NCBI GenBank assembly: GCA_963516675.1
Contig: CAUQBH010000002.1
Location: 35,237 to 99,236 of the forward strand
Direction: 5' to 3'
From: an uncultured Flavobacteriaceae bacterium
Lineage (GTDB): Bacteria; Bacteroidota; Bacteroidia; Flavobacteriales; Weeksellaceae
DNA length: 64,000 nucleotides
Shown: one piece after another, positions 19,701 through 29,036 of the stretch
Position numbering within the stretch: the stretch's first letter is position 1
Layout: each line of letters starts with the position of its first letter
The notes under the pieces: model-generated
What the model saw: only the letters and a program-made list of their open reading frames with translations
Told to the model about the DNA's origin: nothing
Databases searched by the model: none
Position numbers and translations under genes: made by a program

Positions 19701-21878
19701 TTAGAACCAATGTCCTAAAATTACACTAAAAATTCCTTTTCCTTTATTCACAGCCTTGCTGTAATTTAGTTTTATCTGCCCAAAAGGAGATTTGTATCCA
19801 GCGGTAATTCCACCAGAAACATTACCTACTTTTAGAATATGATTTATTTTATGTTCATCAAAGGTATTAATAATATTAATATGCCCTGTGATGAAATAAT
19901 TTTTCTTAATTCTAAACTGAAAATCATTCCCAGCAACGATGATATTATCCGTAGCAAAATTCCCAAACTGATAACCTTGGAAACTTACAAAATTTACTAA
20001 ATTCTGCTCAAAAATTCCACTTGGGTAGAAATGATAATAGTATGGAACATCTTTCCCAAAAGTTAATCCTCCGAAAAGATTCAGCCTATAAGTTACACGG
20101 CTGGAAATAGGAAAACTCATTCGGATGTCAGCTTTGGTTTGGAAAATCTGTTTTTCAATTTTTTTAATTTTTTTATTAAAAATATCTAATAATTTCCCTT
20201 CTATATTAAGGTAGAACCCTCTTGATGAGAAATCCTTGTCATTCCTCGTATCACTTTTAATGAAAACATAAGGATTGAGAAAGTTCTTTTCATTATCATA
20301 GCGGGTAGTTCCTATTTTAGACTCAAAATAATCATGGCTCATCCCTCCACCGATGGCATATCTATCTTTCCAAATAGACTGAAGATAAATTTCATTTCTA
20401 AACCATTTCCATTTTCCTATTTCATTTCTATTATCATCATTAAGCTGTAGGCTCATACCAGAAGAATAAATCCCAAACCCAGGGAAGTAGCCATTATCCA
20501 CAAAATAATTAAAATAATATCTCGGTCTGTTTCCTCCCACGATAGCATCGAGAGAAAGGATAGAGTTTTGGAATAAAAACCTTTTGATGGTTGTATTGAT
20601 GAGCAGTCCTGTTTTGAAAACTTCATCATAATGCAGCCCAAATTTTAGCATAAATCGGGCATCATCTTCTTCTAATTCCAGCTTTAAAATATTTTTCCCT
20701 TGATACTGCATCAGGTCATAATTGATAAGTTTATAATTATTGGTAGCGTATAATTTATCAATCATTTGGTTAATTCCAGCATAAGTCTGTAAGGAAGGGA
20801 TTTTAAGGTTCATTTTCCCTTTTACATAAGATTCATTAAAAATTCTGCTATTCACCAAAACAAGGCTGTCTACTTTATAAACATTAGCATAGACAGGTTT
20901 GTTCATCATTTTCGGTAGAGAATCTCTTTTTGGTAATTTATTGAGTATGTCTATGTATTTTTTAGCTTCTATATATCCTAGGTTTAGGATTTTTTCTTTG
21001 TCGCCGTAGCTTGTGGAAGAATATCCTTTCAGATTAGGATGAATTCTTATATCTGTATTTTTATACTGAGTTTTATTTTCGTTTTGTATAGTGAAATCTA
21101 TCACTTGGTCTAAAATCTTTATAGCTGAATTTAGTTCATCTTTATTCGCCAAAGGAAGGCTTAAATCCACTCCGATGACGATGTCCATACCTTTATCTTT
21201 AAGAGGTTTTGATGGAAAATTCACCGTCATCGCACCATCTATGTACAGACTGTCATTTACTTTCACAGGATTTATCAGCGAAGGATAGGCAGAACTCGCC
21301 ATGATAGAATTCACCAAATCTCCTTTTTCAAAAATTTTTACTTTTCCATTTTCCAGATTGGTTGCCACACACATGAAAGGAATATTCAGCTTTGAGAAAT
21401 CTGTGACATTAGAAACATTATTAAATAAATCCTTTAGGAGGAAAAGATTTTTTTGTCCTTGTGAAATGGCTTTTGGCAGGACATTGAATTTACCTTTTTC
21501 AAAAGGAATATTCAGCAGGTATTTGTCATTATTTTTATCAAAAAACGAAGTTTCTTTTCGGTCTTTTTCATTGGCAAGAATTTCATAAAAATCTGTTTCT
21601 TTAATGATTTTTTCTATTTCCTTTGCTGAGTATCCTGATGCATAAAGCCCGCCAACTATTGCTCCCATGCTGGTTCCAGAGATGTAGTCTATTTTTACTC
21701 CCAGTGAGTCTATCACTTTCAACACGCCTACATGGGCAAAACCTTTCGCGCCGCCACCCGCCAGAGACAGACCTATTTTTGGGTTTTTCGGAATTTTCAT
21801 GTTTTCTTTTACCTGAGCTTTATACAAACTCAAAGAAAACATTATTATAAATATTTGAAGTAAATTTTTCATAATCAA
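19701..21878 (-). CDS. Patatin-like phospholipase fused to a C-terminal Omp85/surface-antigen beta-barrel (PlpD-like, type Vd-secretion architecture)
   Basis: 725 aa with a signal peptide, GGGAKG, GTSMG (nucleophile elbow) and a DGA motif. The C-terminal half is beta-rich and ends ...ILGHWF with a terminal aromatic residue. Confidence 0.75.
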   Translation of the reverse strand: MIMKNLLQIFIIMFSLSLYKAQVKENMKIPKNPKIGLSLAGGGAKGFAHVGVLKVIDSLGVKIDYISGTSMGAIVGGLYASGYSAKEIEKIIKETDFYEILANEKDRKETSFFDKNNDKYLLNIPFEKGKFNVLPKAISQGQKNLFLLKDLFNNVSNVTDFSKLNIPFMCVATNLENGKVKIFEKGDLVNSIMASSAYPSLINPVKVNDSLYIDGAMTVNFPSKPLKDKGMDIVIGVDLSLPLANKDELNSAIKILDQVIDFTIQNENKTQYKNTDIRIHPNLKGYSSTSYGDKEKILNLGYIEAKKYIDILNKLPKRDSLPKMMNKPVYANVYKVDSLVLVNSRIFNESYVKGKMNLKIPSLQTYAGINQMIDKLYATNNYKLINYDLMQYQGKNILKLELEEDDARFMLKFGLHYDEVFKTGLLINTTIKRFLFQNSILSLDAIVGGNRPRYYFNYFVDNGYFPGFGIYSSGMSLQLNDDNRNEIGKWKWFRNEIYLQSIWKDRYAIGGGMSHDYFESKIGTTRYDNEKNFLNPYVFIKSDTRNDKDFSSRGFYLNIEGKLLDIFNKKIKKIEKQIFQTKADIRMSFPISSRVTYRLNLFGGLTFGKDVPYYYHFYPSGIFEQNLVNFVSFQGYQFGNFATDNIIVAGNDFQFRIKKNYFITGHINIINTFDEHKINHILKVGNVSGGITAGYKSPFGQIKLNYSKAVNKGKGIFSVILGHWF

Positions 21879-24325
21879 TCTTTTACATAAATTCTTTTGA
21901 CTCTTCGTGAAATGGAAGTAAGAACCTCGTAAGGTATGGTCTGGCAGTATTCTGCAAATTCTTCCAAAGTCTTGCAGGAATTGAAAATAATGACCTCATC
22001 ACCTTCCTTTGTAGGAATTTCGCCCAAATCTGCCATCAGCATATCCATGCACACATTTCCCACGATAGGAACTTTCTGTCCTTTGATGATGACAAATCCC
22101 TTTTTATTTCCTATCAGTCGAGGAATTCCGTCTGCATAACCTATCGGAATGGTTGCGATTCTGGTATCTTTTTCTGCGATATATTTTCTGCTGTATCCTA
22201 TGGAATCTCCTTTTTCCACTTTGGAAATCTGAGAAATGACAGTTTTAAATGTAGCCACATTTTGGAGCTGTTTTTCTATTTGAGGAACGCAGGAAATGCC
22301 TATCATCCCGATACCAATTCTTACCATATCGTATTGATAATCAGTAAAATTGATAATTCCAGCTGTATTGAGAATATGCCTAATAGGTTTATAATCAATA
22401 TTTTGGATGATTTTATTTGAAACTCGCTCAAAGGTTTCCAGCTGGTGTAGTGTATATTCCTTTTCTTCGGGAACATCCGCACAAGATAAATGGCTGAAAA
22501 TACTCGCTATTTTGACATTGTATTTTTTCAAGTTTTTAATCAAATCATCTATTTCATCTTCTTTAAAACCAAGGCGATGCATTCCTGTTTCTATCTTGAT
22601 ATGGATAGGGTAGGTCTCTTGGATTCCTTTCGCTTGGAGCTGTTTCCCAAATAAATCCAAAACCCTCAAACTGTATATCTCTGGCTCTAGATGATAATCT
22701 ATGATGGTGTCATAGCTGCTCTGCTCAGGATTCATCACAAGGATAGGTGTAGTCACGCCGTTTTTCCGTAAATCCACTCCCTCATCTGCATAGGCAACTC
22801 CCAGATAATCAATGTGGTGGTGCTGTAAAAATTCAGCAATTTCGTAGCCGCCCAGTCCATAGGAAAAAGCTTTTACCATCGCACAGACTTTTGTTTCTGG
22901 TTTCAGCAAACTCTTGTGAATGTTTATATTATGCACGATGGCATTAAGATTTACTTCAAGCGTAGTATCGTGCTTTTGTAGTTCTAAAAGTTTTTTGATT
23001 TTTTCAATTTCAAAAACTCTTGCTCCTTTTAATAAAATGAGCTGATTTTCAATTGTATTGAGATACTGGCTGTCTATAAGTTCCTGAGTGTTGTCAAAGA
23101 TTTTAACTTTCCCTGAAAACAAATCTTTATACTTCGTGATGTGTTCGCCGATGAGAATGATATTTTCAAAATCCTGTTCGTTGGTAAGTTCCGCTACTTT
23201 TTTATACAGAATTTTGTCCTCTTCTATCGTGTCCAAAATATCCGTAAGGATGAGCGATTTTTTCTGCTTTTGATATTGGTTAATAAACTGATACGCAATG
23301 ATTAACGAATCCAAATCCAGATTAAAAGAATCATTGATAATCAGATTATTCCTAATGCCGTTCACGCTTTCCAGACGCATTTCCACGGAATGCAGGTCTT
23401 GGATTTTGGTCACGATTTTTTCGTTGGAGATTTTCAGTGATTTTAAAACCGCTACAATCGCCAGAATATTGGAAAGTGTAGCCTCATCTCGTTTTTGGAG
23501 AGAAATACTGATTTCTTCATCAAAATAATTTATCCCGATGCGTTCATTAGGATTTTTATAATCGGAAGAAATATGGACATCATTTCTTTGATTTAGTCCG
23601 AAACTAATTAAATTTTTACTTGAATAAAGTTGATTTACTAAATTATAAACCAATTCATTATCTCCGTTATAAATAATAGTTTCACTTTCTTTGAAAAGAA
23701 TGATTTTTTCGTTTATCAGTTCTTCTTCATTTCTAAAATTAGAAGAATGAGCAGAACCGATGTGTGTCAAAACGCCGATTTTCGGAGTGAAAATATTTTC
23801 CAATTTTGCCATTTCGCTCGGTTTAGAAATTCCAACTTCAAAGATTCCCAGCTGGTGTTCCTCATTGATTTGCAGCAACGAGATAGGAAGCCCAATCTGC
23901 GAGTTGAAACTTTTGGGAGATTTCACCGTGAAATATTCATTCCAAAGACATTGATAAAGCCATTCTTTTACAATGGTTTTGCCGTTGCTTCCTGTAATGC
24001 CAATGGTGTTTTCTAAATGGGAATTTTCTAAATGATTTTTGGCTAAAATTTGTAAAAACTCGATGGAATTTTTAGTAATAATCCATGTAATGTCTTCGTA
24101 TTCAGGATAGTAGTTTTCAGAAATAATGACTTTCACACCTTTTTCTACTACGGAAGAAATGTATTTTTCGCCAGAATTATTTTTGGTATTAATGGCAATA
24201 AACGCTGTATCCGAAATAGAATAAAGATTTCGGCTGTCAAAAGAGATATTGCTGATGAGAATATCTGGATTCCCAATCAGTTTAGAATTTGTAAGTTGCG
24301 AAATTTGTAATGTGCTGTATATCAT
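21875..24325 (-). CDS. murF/alr: Bifunctional UDP-MurNAc-tripeptide--D-Ala-D-Ala ligase (MurF) / alanine racemase (Alr) fusion
   Basis: 816 aa. The N-terminal roughly 430 aa is Mur-ligase-like (GITGSNGKT P-loop). The C-terminal roughly 370 aa is alanine-racemase-like (AMVKAFSYGLG PLP-lysine block). The ORF overlaps the patatin gene by 4 bp and tdk by 1 bp. Confidence 0.75.
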   Translation of the reverse strand: MIYSTLQISQLTNSKLIGNPDILISNISFDSRNLYSISDTAFIAINTKNNSGEKYISSVVEKGVKVIISENYYPEYEDITWIITKNSIEFLQILAKNHLENSHLENTIGITGSNGKTIVKEWLYQCLWNEYFTVKSPKSFNSQIGLPISLLQINEEHQLGIFEVGISKPSEMAKLENIFTPKIGVLTHIGSAHSSNFRNEEELINEKIILFKESETIIYNGDNELVYNLVNQLYSSKNLISFGLNQRNDVHISSDYKNPNERIGINYFDEEISISLQKRDEATLSNILAIVAVLKSLKISNEKIVTKIQDLHSVEMRLESVNGIRNNLIINDSFNLDLDSLIIAYQFINQYQKQKKSLILTDILDTIEEDKILYKKVAELTNEQDFENIILIGEHITKYKDLFSGKVKIFDNTQELIDSQYLNTIENQLILLKGARVFEIEKIKKLLELQKHDTTLEVNLNAIVHNINIHKSLLKPETKVCAMVKAFSYGLGGYEIAEFLQHHHIDYLGVAYADEGVDLRKNGVTTPILVMNPEQSSYDTIIDYHLEPEIYSLRVLDLFGKQLQAKGIQETYPIHIKIETGMHRLGFKEDEIDDLIKNLKKYNVKIASIFSHLSCADVPEEKEYTLHQLETFERVSNKIIQNIDYKPIRHILNTAGIINFTDYQYDMVRIGIGMIGISCVPQIEKQLQNVATFKTVISQISKVEKGDSIGYSRKYIAEKDTRIATIPIGYADGIPRLIGNKKGFVIIKGQKVPIVGNVCMDMLMADLGEIPTKEGDEVIIFNSCKTLEEFAEYCQTIPYEVLTSISRRVKRIYVKD

Positions 24326-24909
24326 TATTTTTTATTCAAAACTTCTTCCGTAAAAACTTTTCTGCTCACAGCCTCGTAGCTGTCAGTTTCTCCTAATTGT
24401 ACCAAATCATCACTCCCTGAGGTTCTCATGGAATAATTCGCCAAATTTCCTGTTTTCTTGCAGATGGCATGGACTTTCGTTACATATTCTGCTGTAGCCA
24501 TCAGGTTGGGCATCGGCCCGAAAGGCCTTCCCATGTAGTCCATATCCAGCCCAGCAATCACCACACGAACGCCGTTGTTCGCCAGCTGATTGGCTATTTC
24601 TACAATGCTTTCATCGAAAAATTGCGCCTCATCTATGCCCACCACATCACAGTTAGACCCAAGGAGTAGAATCTCATCGGGAGTTTCTACGGGAGTGCTT
24701 TTTATTTTATTTTGGTTGTGGGAGACCACCTCTTCATCGGCATAGCGGTTGTCCAGCTTGGGTTTGAAGATTTCTACCTGCTGTCCAGCCATCTCTGCAC
24801 GGCGGAGCCTTCTGATGAGTTCTTCGGTTTTTCCAGAAAACATAGAACCACAGATAACCTCCATCCAGCCGCTTTGTTTGGCGTGATTGATTGTATTTTC
24901 TAAAAACAT
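24325..24909 (-). CDS. tdk: Thymidine kinase
   Basis: 194 aa with the P-loop ICGSMFSGKTEEL and a C-terminal zinc ribbon (HAICKKTG...). Confidence 0.85.
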   Translation of the reverse strand: MFLENTINHAKQSGWMEVICGSMFSGKTEELIRRLRRAEMAGQQVEIFKPKLDNRYADEEVVSHNQNKIKSTPVETPDEILLLGSNCDVVGIDEAQFFDESIVEIANQLANNGVRVVIAGLDMDYMGRPFGPMPNLMATAEYVTKVHAICKKTGNLANYSMRTSGSDDLVQLGETDSYEAVSRKVFTEEVLNKK

Positions 24910-24987
24910 TGTAAATTAGCCTTTTGATTTTGATGTGAAAAATTCAAAATTAAATTCCAAATTTAAACAATTTTAATAAAAGAATTT

Positions 24988-25662
24988 ATGAGCGGTATAC
25001 TTTATTTTGTTCCTACGCCTATTGGCAATTTGGAAGATATGACTTTTCGGGCAGTAAAAATTTTGAAAGAAGTGGACTATATTCTTTGTGAAGATACACG
25101 GACTTCGGGAATTTTACTCAAACATTTTGAAATTTCTAAACCATTGAAATCATATCACTTACACAATGAACATCAAGCGACACTTAAAGTGATAGAGGAC
25201 CTGAAAAACGGTCAGAATATCGCCATCATTACCGATGCGGGAACGCCTGGAATTTCTGACCCTGGATATCTGCTGGCAAAGGCATGTGCAGATAACGAGG
25301 TGAAAATGCAGTGTCTGCCTGGTGCTACGGCTTTCGTGCCAGCGCTGGTGGTTTCTGGACTGCCTAATAATGAGTTTTTGTTCGTGGGATTTCTGCCGCA
25401 GAAAAAGGGAAGACAGACAAAACTGAAACAGCTGGCGGAGGAGAAAAAAACGATAGTCCTCTACGAAAGCCCACACAAGATAAACACCACACTGGAGCAG
25501 ATAAAGGAGTTTTTCGGCGAGGGAACAAAAATCAGCCTCAGCCGAGAAATTTCCAAAAAATTTGAGGAAACCAAACGCGGAACTATAGAAGAACTCATAG
25601 AATTTTCCAAAAGTAAAACCCTAAAAGGCGAAATGGTTTTGGTGGTTAATAACCAGATTTGA
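24988..25662 (+). CDS. rsmI: 16S rRNA (cytidine1402-2'-O)-methyltransferase RsmI
   Basis: 224 aa. N-terminal LYFVPTPIGNLEDMTFRAVKILKEVDYILCEDTR is the RsmI signature. Confidence 0.88.
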   Translation: MSGILYFVPTPIGNLEDMTFRAVKILKEVDYILCEDTRTSGILLKHFEISKPLKSYHLHNEHQATLKVIEDLKNGQNIAIITDAGTPGISDPGYLLAKACADNEVKMQCLPGATAFVPALVVSGLPNNEFLFVGFLPQKKGRQTKLKQLAEEKKTIVLYESPHKINTTLEQIKEFFGEGTKISLSREISKKFEETKRGTIEELIEFSKSKTLKGEMVLVVNNQI

Positions 25663-25700
25663 TGGATTTTAAATTTTTTAAAAATTGAGAAAAATATCAA

Positions 25701-26298
25701 ATGAACCAATTAAAATTAGAAAAACATAGCGGTAGAAAAATAAGTATTTTATTGATAATAAAATTGTTAATTATATTGGTGTCAGTGTTAGGTTGTGCAA
25801 AAAATGAAACATATAAGGAAAACATTGTACCAGATATAAGTGTCAATGATATAAAATTATCAGATACTGCTGCTGTAGTTTTGGGATATAGTGATTTGAA
25901 ATACAATATTATAGAGGATAAGGAAGTATTGCCCTATGCTATTTTTACTAATGAAAATAAAACTGAAATACTGAAACTTTATCTTTTTCTATGGAACGAA
26001 AAGAAACGAATTTTATCAAGTAGAAATAAGTCCATATGATAAGAAAACTGTCCCAAACCCTACTAAATATAAAAACTTTTCCACGGAAAGCGGAATAAAA
26101 TTAGGTATTTCTAAAAAAGATTTGATAAAGATAAAAGGAAATAATTTTGTAGAAACTAATCATGTTCTTCGGTATGAAATCTCGGATTATGAAAAGTCTC
26201 GTTTTTTTAGAAAAGTATAATTTGCCAATTTATTTTGCAGAATATACCTTTGACCAAGATAAACTGAGTAAAATTTATTTTGGTTTTGAGTATCCGTA
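25701..26298 (+). pseudogene. Frameshifted lipoprotein gene: three successive reading-frame segments, each +1 relative to the last, all with protein-like translation
   Basis: Segment 1 (25701-26039) has a signal peptide plus an LGCAKN lipobox and stops at 26039. Segment 2 is open from 25975 to 26220 in the +1 frame and contains no ATG (…EFYQVEISPYDKKTVPNPTKYKNF…RFFRKV). Segment 3 is again +1 and ends at 26298 (NLPIYFAEYTFDQDKLSKIYFGFEYP). Both junctions fall in A/T homopolymer runs. Confidence 0.45.
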
Positions 26299-26339
26299 GG
26301 AGATTTATTTAAAGTAAAAGATTAGATAATCAAAAACAA

Positions 26340-26784
26340 ATGTGTGAAATGAAAATATTACAGAAAATAAATAAAATAGTATTCTTTCTATGTTTAGTTA
26401 GCAGCAAGCTTTATTCTCAAGAAGCAAACGGTTTTTATTTAACAAAAGACACAATTAAAATATCAGACCCTATAATAATCTCTGTAAAAGGAAAAGCTGG
26501 TAAAATAATAACCAGCTCCCAAGAATATAATAGAAGTAGTAATATTGAGAAATTACTGAATGATAACAAAGCCTTTTTATATTTTGATGATAGTATGGGG
26601 ATTAGGTTTTTACATCAATGATATTTGGAAAAAAAATAATTTTAAAATTCCAGAATGTGACTGTTGTGATAAAAAGAACACTATAGTTAAAGGAAATACA
26701 ACTCTAACTAAACTCTCATTGACAAGATTTTATTTAGGCTTTACAAAAGTATCTTTCTATAATAAAAAAAACTGTTACTATTGA
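26340..26784 (+). CDS. Small secreted hypothetical protein(s): 93-aa ORF with a signal peptide, overlapped by a 74-aa ORF in another frame; possibly one gene split by a frameshift
   Basis: ORFs 26340-26621 and 26560-26784 overlap by 62 nt in different frames. The second ORF's ATG is immediately preceded by an in-frame TGA. I recognise no family. Confidence 0.3.
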
Positions 26785-26909
26785 TAAAAAGAAATTTCTC
26801 ATAAAGAACAAAGAAAATTTCTATCCGATACTTTTCCCTTTATGTGATTAAAATGGGAAACCTAAAATAGTTATATCTTTTATTCTAAAAAAACAGTTAT
26901 GACTAAATT

Positions 26910-27353
26910 ATGAATAATACAGAAAAATGGCTAGATAAAAATGAAAAAAAGATAAGAATAATTGCTGGAATAGCCATTATATTAATGCTACTAAGGTTGG
27001 TGGTATATGCTTATTATAGAGGAAAATCATTCAGAAAGTATCCAAAATATACTATTGCTACTATTTCTTCGGATTTTCATCATAGAAAAACAGGAAAAGG
27101 CTCAGGATATGACTATACATATACTATTAATGGTAAAAAATATGAAGGAACAAATCCCAAAGGCTATTTTAAAAAAGGTGAAAGTTATCTTATAGTTTAT
27201 GATTCTACTTTTCCCAAATCTTCTATACTTTTTGAGAAAGTAAATGTAACAGATTCTACTTATACACTACCAAAAAATGGTTGGAATTTAAGAGACATTC
27301 CATTTAAAGTAGATACACTCGCCATCAAAGAAGAAGTAAAAAAGATTTGGTAA
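26910..27353 (+). CDS. Hypothetical single-pass membrane protein
   Basis: 147 aa with an N-terminal TM helix (IIAGIAIILMLLRLVVYAYY). No family recognised. Confidence 0.4.
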   Translation: MNNTEKWLDKNEKKIRIIAGIAIILMLLRLVVYAYYRGKSFRKYPKYTIATISSDFHHRKTGKGSGYDYTYTINGKKYEGTNPKGYFKKGESYLIVYDSTFPKSSILFEKVNVTDSTYTLPKNGWNLRDIPFKVDTLAIKEEVKKIW

Positions 27354-27465
27354 TCCTCTAAATTAAGTTATCTTCATTATTAAAAAATAACAACAAAACC
27401 TTAAAATCATCCAAAATAAATCCAAAAGATAAATCCCTAATCTTTTAGGTTTTAAAAATAATCCT

Positions 27466-27473
27466 TAATTTTG
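27466..27473 (+). promoter_or_regulatory. Bacteroidota-type -7 promoter box TAATTTTG upstream of fabG
   Basis: Matches the TAnnTTTG consensus, 18 nt upstream of the MKLLEGK start codon at 27492. It lies inside the longer ORF that opens at 27471, which argues against that upstream start. Confidence 0.35.
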
Positions 27474-27491
27474 AACCAAAATAATAAGAAT

Positions 27492-28235
27492 ATGAAATTA
27501 TTAGAAGGAAAAGTAGCTCTCATCACAGGTGCAGCTACAGGTATCGGAAAAAGAATAGCAGAAGTTTTTGCAGAGCAGGGAGCTAAAATAGCATTCTCCC
27601 ACATCGGTCCAGATGACTTAGCAAAACAAGTAGAAGCAGACCTGAATAAAATCACCACAGCTAAAGAATACCACTCTAACGCTGCCGATTTTGATGAGGC
27701 TCAGAAACTGATAGACGATGTTATCGCAGATTTCGGGCAGATAGATATCCTTGTGAACAATGCAGGAATTACCCGAGACAATCTTCTCCTTAGAATGAGC
27801 AAAGAGGAGTGGGACATCATCATGAAAGTGAATTTGGATTCTGTTTTCAACCTTACAAAAGCAGCTATCAAACCTATGATGAAAGCAAGAACAGGGTCTA
27901 TTATCAACATGGCTTCCGTGGTAGGTGTTAAAGGGAATGCAGGACAGGCAAACTATGCAGCGTCTAAAGCTGGTGTTATCGGATTTTCTAAATCTGTTGC
28001 TTTGGAGCTTGGTTCTAGAAACATCCGTTGCAACGCCGTGGCGCCAGGTTTCATAGAAACAGAAATGACAGCTAAACTAAGTCCAGAAGTGGTACAAGGC
28101 TGGAGAGATGCTATCCCGTTAAAGAGAGGAGGGCAGACTACCGATGTAGCCAATACATGCCTATTCTTGGCGAGTGACTTATCTTCCTATGTTACAGGAC
28201 AGGTTATCAATGTAGATGGCGGTATGCTTACTTAA
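27492..28235 (+). CDS. fabG: 3-oxoacyl-[acyl-carrier-protein] reductase FabG (SDR family)
   Basis: The glycine-rich motif LITGAATGIGKRIA sits near the N-terminus, together with NNAG and the catalytic YAASKAG block. Start taken at the internal Met (the ORF is open from 27471). Confidence 0.85.
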   Translation: MKLLEGKVALITGAATGIGKRIAEVFAEQGAKIAFSHIGPDDLAKQVEADLNKITTAKEYHSNAADFDEAQKLIDDVIADFGQIDILVNNAGITRDNLLLRMSKEEWDIIMKVNLDSVFNLTKAAIKPMMKARTGSIINMASVVGVKGNAGQANYAASKAGVIGFSKSVALELGSRNIRCNAVAPGFIETEMTAKLSPEVVQGWRDAIPLKRGGQTTDVANTCLFLASDLSSYVTGQVINVDGGMLT

Positions 28236-28244
28236 AATATTACA

Positions 28245-28275
28245 AAAGACTTTCTTCATGAAAGTCTTTTTTTAT
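28245..28275 (+). terminator. Rho-independent terminator after fabG (AAAGACTTT / AAAGTCTTT + T-run)
   Basis: 9-bp perfect stem, 7-nt loop, then TTTTTTATTT. Confidence 0.65.
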
Positions 28276-28328
28276 TTAAAACATAATGAAAGTTCATTTT
28301 TTTCGTTCTAACTAAAAAATCAAACATA

Positions 28329-28997
28329 ATGAAAAATTTATTATCAGGAATTCTATTCCTTTTCGGTGTGGTATTTATTTTTGCACAAAATGATAGAGAA
28401 GTTGGCGATTTTACTTCTCTAAAAGTCTATGACAGGATTTCTGTAGAGCTTATAGAATCCAGAAAAAACAAAGTGGAAATCATAGGCGATGGCAGTTCTA
28501 AAATCCAAGTAATCAATAAAAACGGCGAACTAAAAATCCGTACCAAAACCCTGAAACTCCTGCAAGGAAATGATGTTAAAGTAAAAGTTTATTACAATGA
28601 CCTTAGTGATATTCAGGCGAGCCAAGGTTCAGAAATCACTTCTAATGATGTGTTGAAAGCTAATCTACTAAAAATCACTTCTAATGAAGGTTCTAAAATC
28701 CAAATAAAAGTATATGTAAAACAGCTGAATGTAAGAGGAAATTCAGGTGGTGAAGTAGAACTTTCAGGAAATGCAGATGTTCAAGAAATCGTGATGAACT
28801 CTGGTGCAAAATACAAAGGCGATGACAACGAGGGCGAAAATGTTTCCGTAACTGTAAATGCAGGCGGAAAAGCAGAAGTCTATGCTTCCAAATCCGTAAA
28901 TGCCACTGTGAGAGCAGGCGGAAGAATAGAAATCCATGGAAACCCAAAACAAAGAGATGTAAAAAAAGTAGTAGGCGGAGTTATAGAGTTTAAATAA
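28329..28997 (+). CDS. Secreted beta-repeat protein, DUF2807-like (putative adhesin head-domain fold)
   Basis: 222 aa with a signal peptide and a repetitive pattern of short beta-strand modules (KVEIIGDGSSKIQV, KIQIKVYV, EVELSGNADV, RIEIHGNPK). Family recalled, not searched. Confidence 0.45.
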   Translation: MKNLLSGILFLFGVVFIFAQNDREVGDFTSLKVYDRISVELIESRKNKVEIIGDGSSKIQVINKNGELKIRTKTLKLLQGNDVKVKVYYNDLSDIQASQGSEITSNDVLKANLLKITSNEGSKIQIKVYVKQLNVRGNSGGEVELSGNADVQEIVMNSGAKYKGDDNEGENVSVTVNAGGKAEVYASKSVNATVRAGGRIEIHGNPKQRDVKKVVGGVIEFK

Positions 28998-29005
28998 AAA
29001 TTAAG

Positions 29006-29036
29006 CACTCAGATTATATTCTGGGTGTTTTTTTTA
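29006..29036 (+). terminator. Putative terminator after the DUF2807-like gene (CACTCAG/CTGGGTG + T8)
   Basis: 7-bp stem with one G·U pair, followed by TTTTTTTT. Confidence 0.45.

Noticed and set aside
27471-27491. Longer fabG start (MNQNNKNM...) and, similarly, the longer upstream starts for rnhA (29543), the prolyl oligopeptidase (45030) and the DUF4293-like gene (8133)
   Set aside because: The extensions would overlap a TAnnTTTG promoter box or a neighbouring gene, or would precede the signal peptide. Internal Met starts fit conserved N-termini better.
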